Assembly: GCF_009834535.1 (NCBI RefSeq)
Contig: NC_045697.1
Coordinates: forward strand, 15,998,001 to 16,062,000
Direction: 5' to 3'
DNA: 64,000 nucleotides
DNA from: Camelus ferus
Taxonomy: Eukaryota
The notes under the pieces are model-generated. The model was given only the letters and a program-made list of their open reading frames with translations, made no database searches and was not told the origin of the DNA. Positions 1-13,994 of the stretch are shown piece after piece. The position numbers and the translations under genes were made by a program. Each line of letters starts with the position of its first letter. Position 1 is the stretch's first letter.

Positions 1-270
1 GGTTACTTAGCCTCTCAAAGCCTCAGTTTTCTCATCCATAAAATGTGTCGAATAATGTGTGATGTTCCCACTTTCCTTACCAGGGTGCACATGTCATCAT
101 GATGCTGTCAGGCGACACAAATGAGGCACTGGGCTCAGTGCCTGGTTAAGTCTCTATGAGCCTCAGCTCTTATTATTATTGTTGTGGTAGTGCTGAGGAT
201 TAAATGGTGAAATGCATCAGAAATTCTTTAAAACAATTCCTGGCACCTGCTAAGCAGTAAATGGTAGAAA
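1..270 (+). mobile_element. MIR SINE fragments
   Basis: Core motif gcctcagttttctcatccataaaatg and 3' part gaggattaaatggtgaaatgcat...cctggcac. Confidence 0.7.
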
Positions 271-720
271 GAAAAAGAATTGTAGTTGGATTTATGGAGA
301 CTATTAATAATGACCTCTGCTGGATGCACTATGCTGTCATCACCATGATCTGGCAAGGCTGGATCGTCACTTTCTTTTGAGGGTGAAAAAAAATCAATGC
401 TTGGAGGTTACCTGACCCACAACCATGATGCTGGGAAGAGAGAGGTGTGAATTCAAAGATGTTAATTTGTCCAATGTGACAAATCCAAGCTCTTTCTTCT
501 ACACCATTGCCAGACATCACCTTTGGCTTTTTAATAATTTATTCATTTTTTTGTAAACAATAACTCTGAGAGGTAATTATTCTGCTTTTCACTTACAGAA
601 AATCCCAGAAAAGAAGATCTAAACCCATCATTCTCAGATTCCAAAGCTTAATTTCTTTCCATACTGAGAACATACAGATGAGTATTTTGTAAACTGTTGA
701 GTGTTTAGCCCTCTGCACAC

Positions 721-1061
721 CAGCATCGTCCAACGAAAATAGAACATGAGCTTCCCAAATAAGACACAGAGGTGATTTAATATTGTCTAACAGTCACCCT
801 AAAGCAAGTGAAAAAGAAACAGGTGAAGCTAATTTTAATATATTTTATTGCACTCAATGTATCTGAAATACTTTTACTTAATCATGTAATCAGTATGAAG
901 ATGACTAATGACATGTTGGCATTCTTTCCCCCCCTGTGCTTAGTCTTTGCTATCTGTTGTGTATCTTATATTTACAGCACATCTCAACTGAGGTTAGCCT
1001 CAATTCAGATGGTGTTTGAAATCCTCAAGTGGCTAGTGGCTACCACATTGGGTAAGAGTAG
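721..1061 (+). mobile_element. MER33-like hAT-Charlie MITE
   Basis: aaaaagaaacaggtgaagctaattttaata...tacagcacatctcaa...gtggctagtggctacc matches recalled MER33 consensus over its length. Confidence 0.85.
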
Positions 1062-3152
1062 ATGTAGAAAATAGCTTTGTCAATTTGGATGATTCTCCAA
1101 GCCAAGAAGGGCATTGAGGTTGGTAACTACAGTAGGATAGCTGCAGTATAACAAAAAAGGAAAAAGGTGATCAGAGATTTTAGGAATTAATCCTGCCCAC
1201 GAAATTTTGTACTACATTCGCTAAATCTACAAAGAATAGAAGAGTCTAACTTATTTTGCTCTTAAGAAAAAAATTGATTTGTTCACTCAAAATAGGAGCT
1301 CAATTCCTTTTACCTTTTTAAAAGCAAACTTAACAAAGGTAGTTAGGATTTTACGTGGGACAAGAGGAAATATTTAGAATTCATTTACCCAGTATTTCTG
1401 GAATACAAAACAGGGAGATGGGAGAATGGAAACTGTGGGGATGCCGTCAAAGACTTTTATCAGCAAAGCTGTCACTTTATAGAGACATAATCTGACAGGC
1501 ACTACGCTGAGTTTGCTTTGGTTGAAAGCTTCCACTTGTAAAGTAATTTTATGAACTCTACTCAGAAATTCATGGGAAAAGGCAAGAGACAATATCACAT
1601 GCTTCTGCCTCTTTTATTTACTTATGTCACATGAACCAGATGTCAGAACTCTTAAATTTGGAGATTTTTTAAGCCCCATGATGAACTAGATAATAGTTAG
1701 AGTTGACAGTCAGGGCCAAGGAATTTCAAGAAAATGCTAAACCTCTGACATTCAGAAGCCACAGTTACATAATACTTCACTGGAGTATTTAATAGTTCCA
1801 GAGAGTTACAAAGGGGTTCTCAGAGTTCCCTTTCCAAACCCAGACCACAGTCAGCTCAATTTTTATGTTTGTAGTTCAACCGGCCAAAATATCTGTCTGT
1901 GCCTGGGTTGTGCGTAGTAACTTTAGGTGTATCCACATTTAAATGTTATTTCTTCATTTAGTATGCCTTGCTTGGTTTTCTTCATCTACACGGCTGCTTT
2001 ACCAGACTCTTGTGATTTTTATTATAGTTCTAGAACAATTAGAAATACTAGTAATTAAATTGCTAAAATCTGCCTGTGTAGAGTAAGAACATCTCAATTC
2101 TATCAGTCTGGGTGTTAATTATTTTAGGCAAGCTGTCATTTAGGCTTTCTGAGGTGGATTTTGTTCTTGTAGTCAAGAACATTGCTTAGTGCAGAATTAA
2201 TTAATCATTATAAATATAAAACCTGCAGTATCAGCTCCTGTGTTCAGAAAGGTTTCAAGAGGCAAGGTTGAAAGAGTCAGTAGGCTGCTGAAGGGAATCT
2301 TATCAGGCACACCCGCCCCCAATCTGGTCAAAGGACAACTAAACTATGGGCTTCATTTTTACAGAGGAGCATCCTTCAAGGATCATTCCAGAAACTGGAA
2401 ATGTTTACTTTTTCCAACACAAAGGTTTTTTATCCCAATACTTTAAAGAGATTTTTAAAAGCAAGGTTGACAAGGAAATGACTGAAAATTGGAATTTATG
2501 TTGGTTGAAGGAAGATTCCACCCCCCACCCCAACCACCCCAAATCATTCCTATAGAGCTATGCTGAATAGAACATACATCTTCCGTGGGCTCTGAATTTT
2601 CTCAGGTACCCAGTGGCGACTTCAATGTTCTACATGATGATTGTAATAATTTCTGCCTCACATTAAGGCTCACAGTCATCTGCTTTAAGAGAAAAAGCTC
2701 ACATTTCCATTGCCTTTTCTACTAATTTTTTAAAAATAAAAATAATGGCTCTACAATATCGTGTCATTTCCCTGCTTTAAAGTGGAAAGAAAATTCAACT
2801 GAGTTATACTGGAATTCATTGACCAAAACAGGGAGATCATGTTTACATGAGTAAAGAAACCAATTGGCATAAGAGTCTAAATAATAACGATGTTAACTAA
2901 CATTTAATAAGCTCAGTGATAGGCACTGTATGTGCTTTAAATGTAATTGTCTTCTATAAGCACATGGTATGTAATTGTCTCATTTAATTCTTACCACTCA
3001 GGAACAAAGAGTGCCCTCAATATAGAAAAAAAATGGGCTCAATTTTTATGTAATTTTTCTAATACTTCAAAATTTAAGAAGCATTTAGTTATTTAAAATT
3101 GTATATTGAGAATTAGTTCTTTCCAAGGTGCTCTCCTGAGAGCAAGACAAAG

Positions 3153-3319
3153 TGTACTGCTTCTCGAACTTGAATGTCTAGGCAAACCACCTGAGCACCT
3201 TGTCACAGTGCTGACTCTGATTCAGCAGTTCTGAGCAGGGCTCGAGAGTCTGCATTTCCAACACGTTCGCAGGTGATGCTGCTGCTGCTGGTTTGAAGAC
3301 CACACTTTGAGAACAAGGA
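3153..3319. mobile_element. MER5A-like hAT-Charlie MITE
   Basis: gattcagcagttctgagcagggctcgagagtctgcatttccaac...caggtgatgctgctgctgctgg...gaccacactttgagaac. Confidence 0.85.
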
Positions 3320-5165
3320 CAGAGTCTATAACCAAAACAAGTTTGAAATGATAAAGGTCAAAAGACTGTGTCATAATTGTTCCAAGGAGCCAAATAGTAA
3401 CTGATTCCAAGGGTTTCAGGCTTAGCTTTGGCAAAAGGATAACATTTGAGCTGGATCTTGAATAATGGGTAAAAGTAAGTGGAGGATGGCATTGCTTAGC
3501 ACATTCTTAACTGGTTAGTTAGTAGACAGAAAAGATGTAGAACATATCTGAAACTATGATGGGATATCTAGATGGCTTTTGACTCTCTCAGAAGAGATCC
3601 ACTGGGGATCTATATGTTTTATTGGTGTCCACACCTGCATCTGACATTCCATCTCTTCCAATCATTCTTCTTCAGAAATTGAAGCATCTACCTGCATCTG
3701 GGCAGGTGGTGACTGAAAAATATGATGTGGTCTGTGCAGTACCAAGCCTTAATTACCCAGCACCCCCCATTTTTTAGTTTATTTTAAAAGATGCCATTTT
3801 AAGATTTGTATCACTACAATTATGTTTCTAATGGGATTTTAATTGATTTTGAATCCAATTAAAGAAAATCTATTTTTAAGGCACATCTCAGCTGCTGCCA
3901 CTCAGAAGTCACTCCAGGCTGGCACAGTATAAGTCATCGGAGCATAATTTGAATGTATTCGGTGTCATCAGCCAGGGGGATTTGTGAATGACCTATATTT
4001 AATATTCTTTTAAAAACTGTCTTGATGTGTTTTGTACTTCTCAAGACTCTGTCTATGCTCTAGTGATAAAAATAACCATGTTTACTAGAGAGAGTCCTAT
4101 GGCCTTTCGGATAAAAGTTATTGGTTCAGCTTTAGGGACAGGGACATTTTTTTAGGATGCAGTGCCCCTCTGTCCGTGTATTGTCCATAAATTACGACCT
4201 TTTACCCCCAAAGTCACCTCTGTTCTGAGCTCCTGCAGAGAACTGTTTCAGATCATTAAGTATTTTCCCCCAGACTTGGTTCAGTTACACTGTTCACAAA
4301 CCTAAACGTTTTAATGGTTCCTCCTCATCTTTTGAGCAAACTCTACAATCATGGCTCTTTACACGTATGGTCTAAACCCAAACTGAAGTCAAACTCTAGT
4401 TGACCTGCTGTCCCTTCCTCCTACCCCACTACTGTGTACTCACTCATGTGGTTGCTTTTATTCTTTCTGCCTAGGATAAGACCAGTCAGAACAAACTTGA
4501 AGCCATGTTGTAGTTGAAACAAGGAAGGGAATGGATTGGTGGAGTGGAAAGAGGAGATAGCCTCCCGCGGTCCTCTCATTGACCCTCTACATAGGTAGAA
4601 AAGAGATGGAAAGTTCCAGAATTTCTGGCAGCAAATCTAATACCATTTCTTCCTGAAACTATCAGTTAAAGTCTCAAACCTCAAATGCCAGTAGTCTGTA
4701 GCCAGGGGAAATTTCTACCCTTTGCATTTGTAAGTACTGGCATCAAGTGCTGTTTAAGAAGCATAATAAAAGTGGTGTTAAAAAAAAATGGTGTTTAAAA
4801 AGTCAACACACAGCAGTCTCCCCACTTTGAAGGGAGCCTTAACTGGAATGAGAAAGCTCTTTATAATGAATCCTTGTCTCAGCTGATCCTGTGAGGCTGG
4901 CCATCCACAGAAACCCACACAATTCCAAGCTCCCTAATCACTGCAAAACCCCAAACAACCACACAACTATAATAGCTTTATTTGTTCTCAGGGTCCACCC
5001 TGCCACCAACGGGGGTCAGTGTTTCCTGGAGCCTGGCTGGACTGAGAGAACATGATTTTTATCCTCTTTTTCCAAAGATGGGTTTTATATATGAAGAGGC
5101 AAGCCTGTCTGTCAGAAGGTTACTGAAGCTGTAGCTTGTAGACAAAGCAAGCTATCTGATCACAA

Positions 5166-5484
5166 CCGGTTTATTCCTCAGTATCCCCTGGGGTATTGGT
5201 TCCAGCTCCCCTGCAGACACCAACATCCTCGGATGTTCAAGTGCCTTATATAAAATAGCATAGTATTTGCATATAACCTAGCACACCCCCCTGTATACTT
5301 TAAATCATCTCTAGATTACTCAGGATACTTCATTCAATGTAAATGCTATGTAAATAGTTGGCAGACCATGGCAAATTCAAGTTTTCCTTTTTGGAACTTT
5401 CTGGAATTTTTCTTTCTTGAATATTTTCCATCCACGCTCGTTGAATCCATGATTGTGGAAGCTGCTGATATGGAGGGTCAACTG
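5166..5484 (+). mobile_element. MER2/MER2B-like Tigger MITE
   Basis: ttggttccag...caagtgccttatataaaatagcatagtatttgcatataaccta...gtatactttaaatcatctctagattac...gatatggagggtcaactg. Confidence 0.9.
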
Positions 5485-5489
5485 TGGAG

Positions 5490-6335
5490 CCAGGAAGGAA
5501 AGAAAGACCTCCGGACACTAGGATTGTTGGAACCAGAGAGAGCAAGATAGGGAGGGAGAGAGGATGGAAGAGAAGGATAGGGAGGGGGAGAACGAGAAGG
5601 CAAAAGGGGGAGAAAAAGGGACGGGAAAGAAGAGAGGAAGAGACTTGTAAGCATGAGTTGAGAGCGTGCTTGTTGCTTGCAGTTCCATGATTGTGGCTAA
5701 TGAAAATGCTTGAGGGGTAGGACTCAAGGCAGCCTCATAGAGTTCCACAAGTTTCAGTCAAGTCTGAAGGTGGCAGTTTAGAATTCCCAGGCTACTCTGG
5801 GTTGTAGGGAATTGTTGAGAAGATGGATTGAGTGGGAGGGACTTGAATCAGGGATGAGAATGGGCACCATGTGAGGGCAGGCAGCAAAAGGGACCATGGA
5901 CCACAATGGTGATGTTAGGGCCATATCAAAAGGATTCAGGTGACTCCAGCCACACCTCGGTGGATTCTGGCACAGGACATCCCATGACCTGGTGGAACAG
6001 TTAGACCACGTGAGGGTCTGCAGTTGAAAACAGACCCGACATCTGCTCCTTCTGGGAGTACCAAGAGGGCAGGTCCCTCTAGGATTTTAGATCAAGCCTA
6101 AGGGGAGAAAGAAAAAAATTGGCAGAGATCTTGAAAACAAAAGAAAACAACAAACAACAAAATAAATCACCCTGGAAATTTGTTCAAACCAAAAGAAAGA
6201 GTCAAACTGGAAGAAGTCATCTCAATAAAAAATGATGAAACTGCCTTGAAATGATATGATTGAGTCCATTGGTTCCCAAAAGGTAGGAATTAGGGCTCAT
6301 GAGCAAGTTAGGTTATAGATAAAGAGTTACATGAG
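5490..6335 (+). mobile_element. Ancient Gypsy-like LTR (LTR85/LTR88-like)
   Basis: 3' end aggaattagggctcatgagcaagttaggttatagataaagagttacat resembles LTR85-type ends; upstream extent uncertain. Confidence 0.4.
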
Positions 6336-8613
6336 TCAAAGAGTGTAAACTTTAACCCACCGTGTCCTATTTCAAATGTCACTTTCTCCTTGAAATCTTG
6401 TCCATTCTTTCAGTTGAACGTTTTCTCCTACTCATAAAGAAGTTTCCAATATAACCTACTTTTAATCATCTCGGTTCATAGAAATTGTTAAACATAGATT
6501 CTCAGAATCAAAAAGGGCCTTATATAATTTAGAACCATTCTCCCTCCCACAAGATAATACGGTTCTTGAGGACAGAAAAATCCTACTTTTGTTCTTGTGT
6601 GTCTGAAGGTACAAGATCTTTGCTCCCCCGGGTATAATCAGTGTGTAATTACCTTGTGATGCAAAGGCATGCGGTTTCTCACCTGTAAAATGGAGACAAT
6701 GTCATCTTGTAAATGGACAACATTGACCCTTCCTTCAACCTCTCTTAATTCCTCTGGAAGGAATTGAATGTTTTTGGTGACAGTCAGGACCAGAGAGAAC
6801 AACAAGCCAAATATTTAAACTTTATATACTTGTTGGTTGTTTTTGTTGTTGAAACTCACCTGGGCTGTGCTGAGCCTAGTCGACTGGAGATTGTATGAAT
6901 GGCCTTTTAAAGCCGACTTTGACCTTTCAGGCTTAACTGAGACAGTGATTAGATTACTAGGGAATGGCTATTTTTATTTCTCATTGAAAGTCGTTACAAA
7001 TGAGCAGATCTGCAGCACACTGACTTTTCACCTATCTGTTTGTCACAATAGCTTTATTGTTGTTCCTTTTATTGTGTTCTCCCCTAGAACTTCAGAACAG
7101 GACTTGAAAATGCAAAGGGCAGCTAAGTTCTACTGGAATGCAAAAAACTATATTTTAGATTTGTGTCTTTAAGTTGCTTCTTCTGGGCAGTAAATTAGAT
7201 GTCCAATTCTATTTCTTCTCTCTCTCTTGTTTGCTCTCTCATTCCTTTTTTCCATGAACTACTTGTAGAGAGAGTCAATGATCGGGCTCTGGAGGGACCA
7301 ACATCTTGGTTCCATGTGGATTGTTTACAGAGTCCCATCACATTGCTCCACTTTGGTTCTAGACTTGTCCATTTTGGAAGTTCTGACAATGGCTTTTATT
7401 CCAGGTGCCTGGACACTGGCTTTAGTCATGGAAGAGTAGTGTATTTTACTGATAAACAGATGAAGATTAACAGTGCTTTTGATCCACTGGAAAAGCTTCC
7501 ACAAGCAAAGAGGAGAAAAAGTTGCATAGGTTCATTACAAACACAAAGGCCACAAATTTATCAGAGATAGCTTTTCTCTGGAATGCCTTCTCTCAGGAAT
7601 TAGGTGAACATGGAAAGATTACAAAGACCAAACTGAAGATATTTTAGGCAAACTTGGAACCAGAACTCAGAAAAGGGTGTAGCTTTGGATACAGAAGAGA
7701 AAAAAACTGATGTAGAACCAAAAAATGAAAAAAAAAAAAAAAAATCGGAGGGAGCAGCTGAGAAGAGCTCTGTGATCACAGGGTACGACAGAAAAGGGAT
7801 GCCTCAGGGTCTGACTGCTCTTAAAAGAGTTATTAGAATAAGAACACAGAAGAGTTTGAGAATTCTAAATTCTAATTTGACTTCCAGGTTGTATTTTTGT
7901 CTAATTAGGAGGATATAACATATTGGATTTCATAATTTGTTAACTTGACTTACAACTTTTGAATGTTTCGACAATAGTCTGTGGTCCTCCATTTGCATGT
8001 GTTCTTGCTTCAGGTCACGAAGTCATTCGTAGTGGACCTGCTGAAAAGCATAAAACAGAAGGAACCATCTTACCATCTTATACTAACTCTCCTTCTTCAC
8101 TTGGATGTCTTTCCTTATTTGAATATTTCCTTCTCTACTTGGATTGTACCTGCTGCTAGGTTAGGACAAAGTAACTTTGCTTTTAGTACTGGGGATGCCT
8201 CTTTCTCTCATTTGTGTGGACATGGGAGTGTTGGGATAATCTTGTGGGACATACTGACTTTTCACACTTTTGAGAGAAAAAGGCACAAAGGAAACTGGAT
8301 TGAACTAATTGTTTGTATTGAACTAATTCAGGAAGGAATCATCTCCATTCTAGGGAGTGCTGTACAACCCCTGGGGAACACATCATAGAGAGATGTTCTG
8401 ATTGGGATGCAGCAGAATGAGATAAATCTGGGACCTTAATTTCAGGATTTTTGGACTGTAGAATCATTGGACACTGACTTGAAAAGCAAGAGCACTTAAT
8501 ATTTAGACCTTAATTTCTCTCTAGGAATGGAAAGATTTATTCAAATCCGGCGCTCTTTTTGGTAGGTTGTCTTAGCTGTCTTAGCAGCTTTATGCATTTA
8601 TGTGGTGACTTTG

Positions 8614-9096
8614 TTCTATGGATTGAATTGTCAACCCCTACTATATATGTTGACATTCCTACTCTCCATACTCAGAATGTGAACTTTTTTGGAAATAGAG
8701 TTGCCACAGATGTGACTAGATAAGAGCTCATACTGCTGTAGGATAGGCACTTAATCTAATGTGACTGGGGTCCTTCTAACAAAAGAGAGCCTAAAGAAGA
8801 GAGATCACCAGGTGAAGACACAAACACACAAGTGGAGAAGACAGCCATGTAATGATGGAGAGAGAGATTGGAGTGGAGCATCTGTTAGCCAAGGAACTTA
8901 AAGGATTGCCAGCAAGCAGCAGAAGCTAGAGGAAGCAAAGAAGGATTCCCTGGTAGAGGTTTCAGAGGGAGCATGGCTCTGCCAACACCTTGATTTCAGA
9001 CTCCTACCCTTGAGAACTTTGAGAAAATGAATTTCTTTTGTGTTAAGTCACATGGATTGTGGTACTTTGTTATGGCAGCCTTAGGAAATTAATGCA
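8614..9096 (+). mobile_element. MaLR solo LTR (MLT1C-like) with 5-bp TSD
   Basis: MLT1 start (tatggattgaattg) and end (gtggtactttgttatggcagccttaggaaattaatgca); CTTTG on both sides (8609-8613, 9097-9101). Confidence 0.9.
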
Positions 9097-10116
9097 CTTT
9101 GTATAACTCTGGTCAGCCATGTAGGATAACTTACTGGGAAAAATTTTAGATGATAAATAGATTAAGGAATGAATTTTCAACTGTAGGTATGAGTTGGGTT
9201 TCGTGTTTAACTAACCAATTAAAAAATAATTTCAGAGCCTTCTCTAAGGAAAAGCTCAGCTGTCCTCTAGCTCCTTCCAGAGAGGCAGTGGTGTAGGGAA
9301 CCACCTCACGAAGGAGGGAGGAGACTGTCCCAGAGAAGATGCTAATCTCCCACTCCTCCCTCATGGGAATCCAGAAAGGTAGCTACATCTGACTGACATT
9401 GTTGAAATATATTAGAAAGGGCCATAATTCTCACTCCTTCAATTTCTGTACCTAGTACAGTAAGGAGCACTGGTGGAGTGGGGCTCCCCCCACACACTTA
9501 CTGGAGGGTAAGTTTTAGAAGCTGTGCTTCTAATCTTTCTTCACCGCTTACTCACTCTTTCCCTTCGGAGAGAAGCGTGGCTTTTCTGACGGCTGAGATT
9601 GGGAAGAGGGTGAACATGCAGAGGTGAATCCATTTCTGGTTTCTCGCTTTGGGTCTGTCTGCCTTCAGCATGGCTGTTTTCTGATTTGGTCTTCCACATG
9701 GCTAGCACATGTGAATCAGAGTCTTAGCCTGGTTTCTGAAGGGTGGACTGGAGTTCTAAGTCTTCTACCGAAAAGAAAAAAGGCACATGGTCGAAGGGTT
9801 CTGAACAATAGTGTCTGATCTGAGCAACAGTGTCTGATCCGCATGTCTACATGTTCCCACAGGTGAGTCTTCCCAAGGCCCAGATTGGGGAGGAGCATTG
9901 GGAAGCCCTTATGTGGATGCACATTTAAGCTGGCTTCTCTCTTCCACTTTTACCTATAATAAAGGGGATACCTGTTCTCCATCTATCTATTTTTTCTTTT
10001 CATTTCTTAGGAGATAAATGTGGGAAATAGGTGTGATTATTTATGATTCCAAACTCAAACATTTATTAAAGGGGTCATCCAGTATGAATTGTGATAAAAA
10101 TGCAAGGGAAACATTT

Positions 10117-10290
10117 ATGTAGTGGAAAAGAGCATCGACCTTGGAGTCAGCCCTGAATTCAAATCCTGCCTTTTTGACTAACTAGTTATCTGCCGAATTA
10201 CTCACCCTATCTGAGCCTCATTTGTAAAATACTGCTAACAAAACCTCTCTCACAGGATTGTAAAGATTAAATGATGTAAAATATATAACT
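10117..10290 (+). mobile_element. MIR SINE
   Basis: gtagtggaaaagagcatcgaccttggagtcag...ttcaaatcctgcc...ctgagcctca...acaggattgtaaagattaaatga. Confidence 0.8.
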
Positions 10291-11174
10291 CACTTCATTA
10301 TCTCTCAATATCACCAAGGGTGGCATATAGTAGAACTCTCCTGTGAATTATTTTCCTCATTTCTCTTCTCTTGAACAAGTAACATTTATTTATCTTCCCT
10401 GCTCTCCACCCCCGCACATACACATCCTCTACATTTATAACCCCATTTCACTTTATCATAATCACTTGACCTACTGTCAGGGGAGGACATGTTTGTTAAG
10501 AGTGCAAACAGTCCAGGGCAACATCTATCACATAAAATATATCAATGAAAATTAGGCTGTTTTTCTTTTTTTCCTACCAATACAGCCCCAGTGAAACGCT
10601 GAGCTTTTCCTTATGACACACCTGGATTTTAGAGTGTGATTAAAAATGGTTTAAGAAAAATCAGCCCTATTTGCAAAATTATGGGATTGTATCATAAGAC
10701 TGGTAAGAAAACTTTTTGTTACAAAAGCATATAGTTATATAAAATGCCACAATGTTATTACCCTTGAAACTATTTTGTTTGCTATGTACTTGCTCCATAT
10801 AATTTCCCTAATAATTAGCCAAAGCTTGTGTTTGTAGTGCTTTTATATTTTTCTTTCATTCTATAGACGGATAGAGAAAAAATAGAATTCTCTTCCTTTA
10901 TCAGCAAAACCACAAAAAATATGACCTCAGTGGGTTATTAAAAAAACCACACAAAAGCACAGAAAAGCCTGTTTAAATATGCCTTTGCCATGGGTTCAGT
11001 CTATGTTGATTAATTATTTCATTCAGTGTACATTTACGGAGCTCCAGTCTGCCAAGTCCCAGAGGTACTGAGGCCATCGAGATGAATGAGATTTGCTCCC
11101 TGCCCTTCAGAGTCTCATGATCAAAAAAGGCAAAATAAAGTGTAGGGTGGTGGCCACAGAAAATACATTACCTT

Positions 11175-11572
11175 GATATCAATTAGTTCTCAGTCAGAGA
11201 AACAGAAGCAGTAGGGGATACATATTAAAGAGATTTATTGCAAGGAACTGGCTCATGCAATTGTGAGGACTGCCTGGGCAAGTCCAATAGGACAGGCTAT
11301 CAGGAAGGGCCTGCTGGGATCCATGGACACAAGTGGAAGCTGAGGATGCAGATAGAACTTGTAGTTCATCAGGAAGCCCCTTTCGATGGGTTAAATCAGT
11401 GCCACCCAGATTATCTAAAACAAAGTCTCTTAGTTAAAGTCAACTGATTACAGACTTTCATCCCAACTTTTATAAAATTTTATAAAATACTTGCAAAGCA
11501 ACACTTAGATTAGTGCTTGATTGAATAACTGGGGCCAGAGCCAACCAAATGGACATGAAAGCTGATTATCAC
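11175..11572 (-). mobile_element. ERVL solo LTR (MLT2 family)
   Basis: cagagaaacagaagcagtagg...gagatttattgcaaggaactggctcatgcaattgtg...aaagtcaactgatt...gcaacacttagattagtgcttga. Confidence 0.85.
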
Positions 11573-12709
11573 CATCATCACTGCAAAGTCCTTCTGAGTC
11601 AGAGATCTAATGTGCAGCTCTTCCAAAATCACAGACAATGTCTGGTGAGCAAATGTTGCAAGAATCTGTTACCAAAAGTGCTAACAACCTTACCTTGAAA
11701 TAATAATCACTAGTTTTACCATGTCTTCAGAAATTCAGGACTCTTGCTGCTATGTCTTTAGGGAGGCATTAGGTGGAGAAATGAGTTTTATATTACTCCC
11801 TCTAATCCATGTGTGTGTAGAGTGGGAGAAAAATGTAAGCAAAGAGTATTAAAAAAAGAAATACAAATGGCCACTTCTAATAAAACATACGTCTTCGTTA
11901 TTAGAGTCCATGAATGTTACTGGATCTGCCTTTCCTAAAGTAGGTTCTACAGACACTAGTTTTTTAAGATGAAATGCCTGTTGGCAATATTTTTATCTGT
12001 CTATCTACCTGCATTTATATACAAAACATGCATTTTATAATATATGTAAAATACATGTATATATATTTACATGCAAATAAATAGTTTATAAATTTATGCA
12101 TTATTTATGTGTGCATATGTGTTTGTATATATAAAATTTTATGCAATCAAATATGCAGGAGAAATGTTGGAACACATTTCAAAATTCTTCTTTGCTACTG
12201 GATTTTTCAGAGTCCTTAATATGTTGACATCATTGTCATCTTCAAGAGGGAGATGTGGAATTTAGCTTTATTCAAACTCATTTGACCACAGGACACTTTT
12301 ATTTATTGGCTAATGTTTTGGGCTATTATTCATTGCAACACACCTATAAAAGCTGTGTAATACAGAATTGTTTATGGGGGGTATGGGATGTGTTAGCAAT
12401 TAAATTGCTATTCAAATTCAATGGAACGTTCTGTCATAACATGCCAGGGATGGAAGAGAATTTAATGATTGTCAAGTCCAACCACTCATCCAATGGATAA
12501 TACTTTTATTTTCCTTCAATCACACAGCTGGTCAATACCTCATATATAAAAGAAACTGTAGGGTCTGACAACATGATCCATCACATTGTCTCCATCATTG
12601 TTGTGGTAATACTACTTGTCACTGTCAAAAGTCTCCAACAAAAATGCTTCTAAAAAGAAAACCAAGAGACTGTGAGTAAAAGCAATACCAGGCAGTGTGG
12701 TCCACTGGT

Positions 12710-13670
12710 CCACCAAGCATTTATCGAGGATCTATTACACACAGAGCATGTAACAGCTCACCATCCTCTATCTGGGGAGATGGATGTGCTCCAAGCTAAT
12801 TAACACTGCATCACAAGTCATGTCCAGTTATAAACAAGCTGGTACAAACCCACAAATGGGTGAGGCTGTTTTTTCCAGTTGTAGAAGGATGTGTGTTGGG
12901 GGAGATAAGGGACTTTATAGGGGTCATGACTTTTGAAACTAGCTTTTTTGGTAAGTAAGATTTCACCAAATTGAGTAAAACATGAAGGAAATTCCATATG
13001 CAGAAGGAAACGATCAAGGAAACACCCAGTGGTGTCGGGATATAGGGTGGTTTGGGGAACTGAATGTTAAATGGGATCAGAGCACAGGATGAGACAGTAT
13101 TGGTTGGGAGATAGGAGGTGTGATGTGTTGAATTGTGTCTTCCTCAAAATTTATGTGTAGGAATCCTAATCTGCCATATCTCAGAAAGTGACCCTACTTG
13201 GAGATAAGAGTCTTTACAGAGGTGATCACATTAAAACAAGTTCATTAGGGTGGGTCCTAAGCCAATATGACTGGTATTCTTCTAAGAAGAGGATATTTGG
13301 ACACACAACACACAAAGAGAGAAGGTGACATAAAGAGACACAGGGAGGAGACAGCTATCTATAAGCCGAGGAAAGGTCTGGAACAGGTCCTTCTCCCGCA
13401 GCCCTCAAAAGGGACCAGCCCTGTCAACACATTGATTTTGGACTTCCAGCCTCCGTAATTGTGTGCTGGCAAAATCTGTTAAGACCCCCCCGCCCCAGTC
13501 TGTGGTCCTTTGTTAGGGCAGCCCTAGGAAACTAATACAGGAGGTGAGGCAAGCATGTAAATTGGGGCTAGACTGTGAGAGCCCTTCAACTGTGTGTTCA
13601 GCAGTCTGGGCAGCAGGGAGCCTCTGAGGTTCTCTGAGGTGGATTTGCCTGGTCAGAGGTACCTTAACAA
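12710..13670 (-). mobile_element. Degraded L2 LINE, interrupted by the MLT1B LTR
   Basis: caagcatttatcgag 3'-end motif and purine-rich L2-type sequence on both sides of the LTR. Confidence 0.5.
13119..13539 (+). mobile_element. MaLR solo LTR (MLT1B-like) with 5-bp TSD
   Basis: TG...CA termini (tgtgatgtgttgaattgtgtc ... gcagccctaggaaactaataca); GGAGG on both sides (13114-13118, 13540-13544). Confidence 0.92.
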
Positions 13671-13994
13671 GCTAACTTAGCGGCAGAGTGGAAAAACTTC
13701 AGCTGAAGGAAGAGACAGTGACAGTGGGGTGCCAGAGCCCAGGGCTTCTTCAGTGGGCCAGGCGAAGTGTCGAAGGCTTAAATTAGGCCAGGAGCTTTGG
13801 GTGGGATTTATAAAACACTGTATAGGTAAACTTGACCAACCTGAGGCCAGAGCTGACAAAAAAGGAGAAATCCAAACAGCCACCAGATTTGTAGTAGTTT
13901 TCCTCTCAAATTGCTCGCAAGTGGGTAATGTGAAAATTAATAAAGAGAAACCTTGTTTTATCAATTTTTGTGGATGAAATTTAAAAAAATCAAA

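Noticed and set aside
7981..8388. 135-aa ORF with an acceptor-like ttcttgcttcag near 8013
   Set aside because: No protein family I recognise, non-ATG start and no convincing donor; cannot be supported as a coding exon
9840..9860. p53 response element (two CATG cores)
   Set aside because: Cores are 8 bp apart rather than 10 and the purine flanks are poor
11468..11487. (TTTTATAAAA)2 palindrome
   Set aside because: Simple 10-bp duplication of an AT-only self-complementary unit inside an LTR
12010..12150. TA/CA/TG-rich self-complementary tract
   Set aside because: Decayed low-complexity microsatellite; pairing follows from composition
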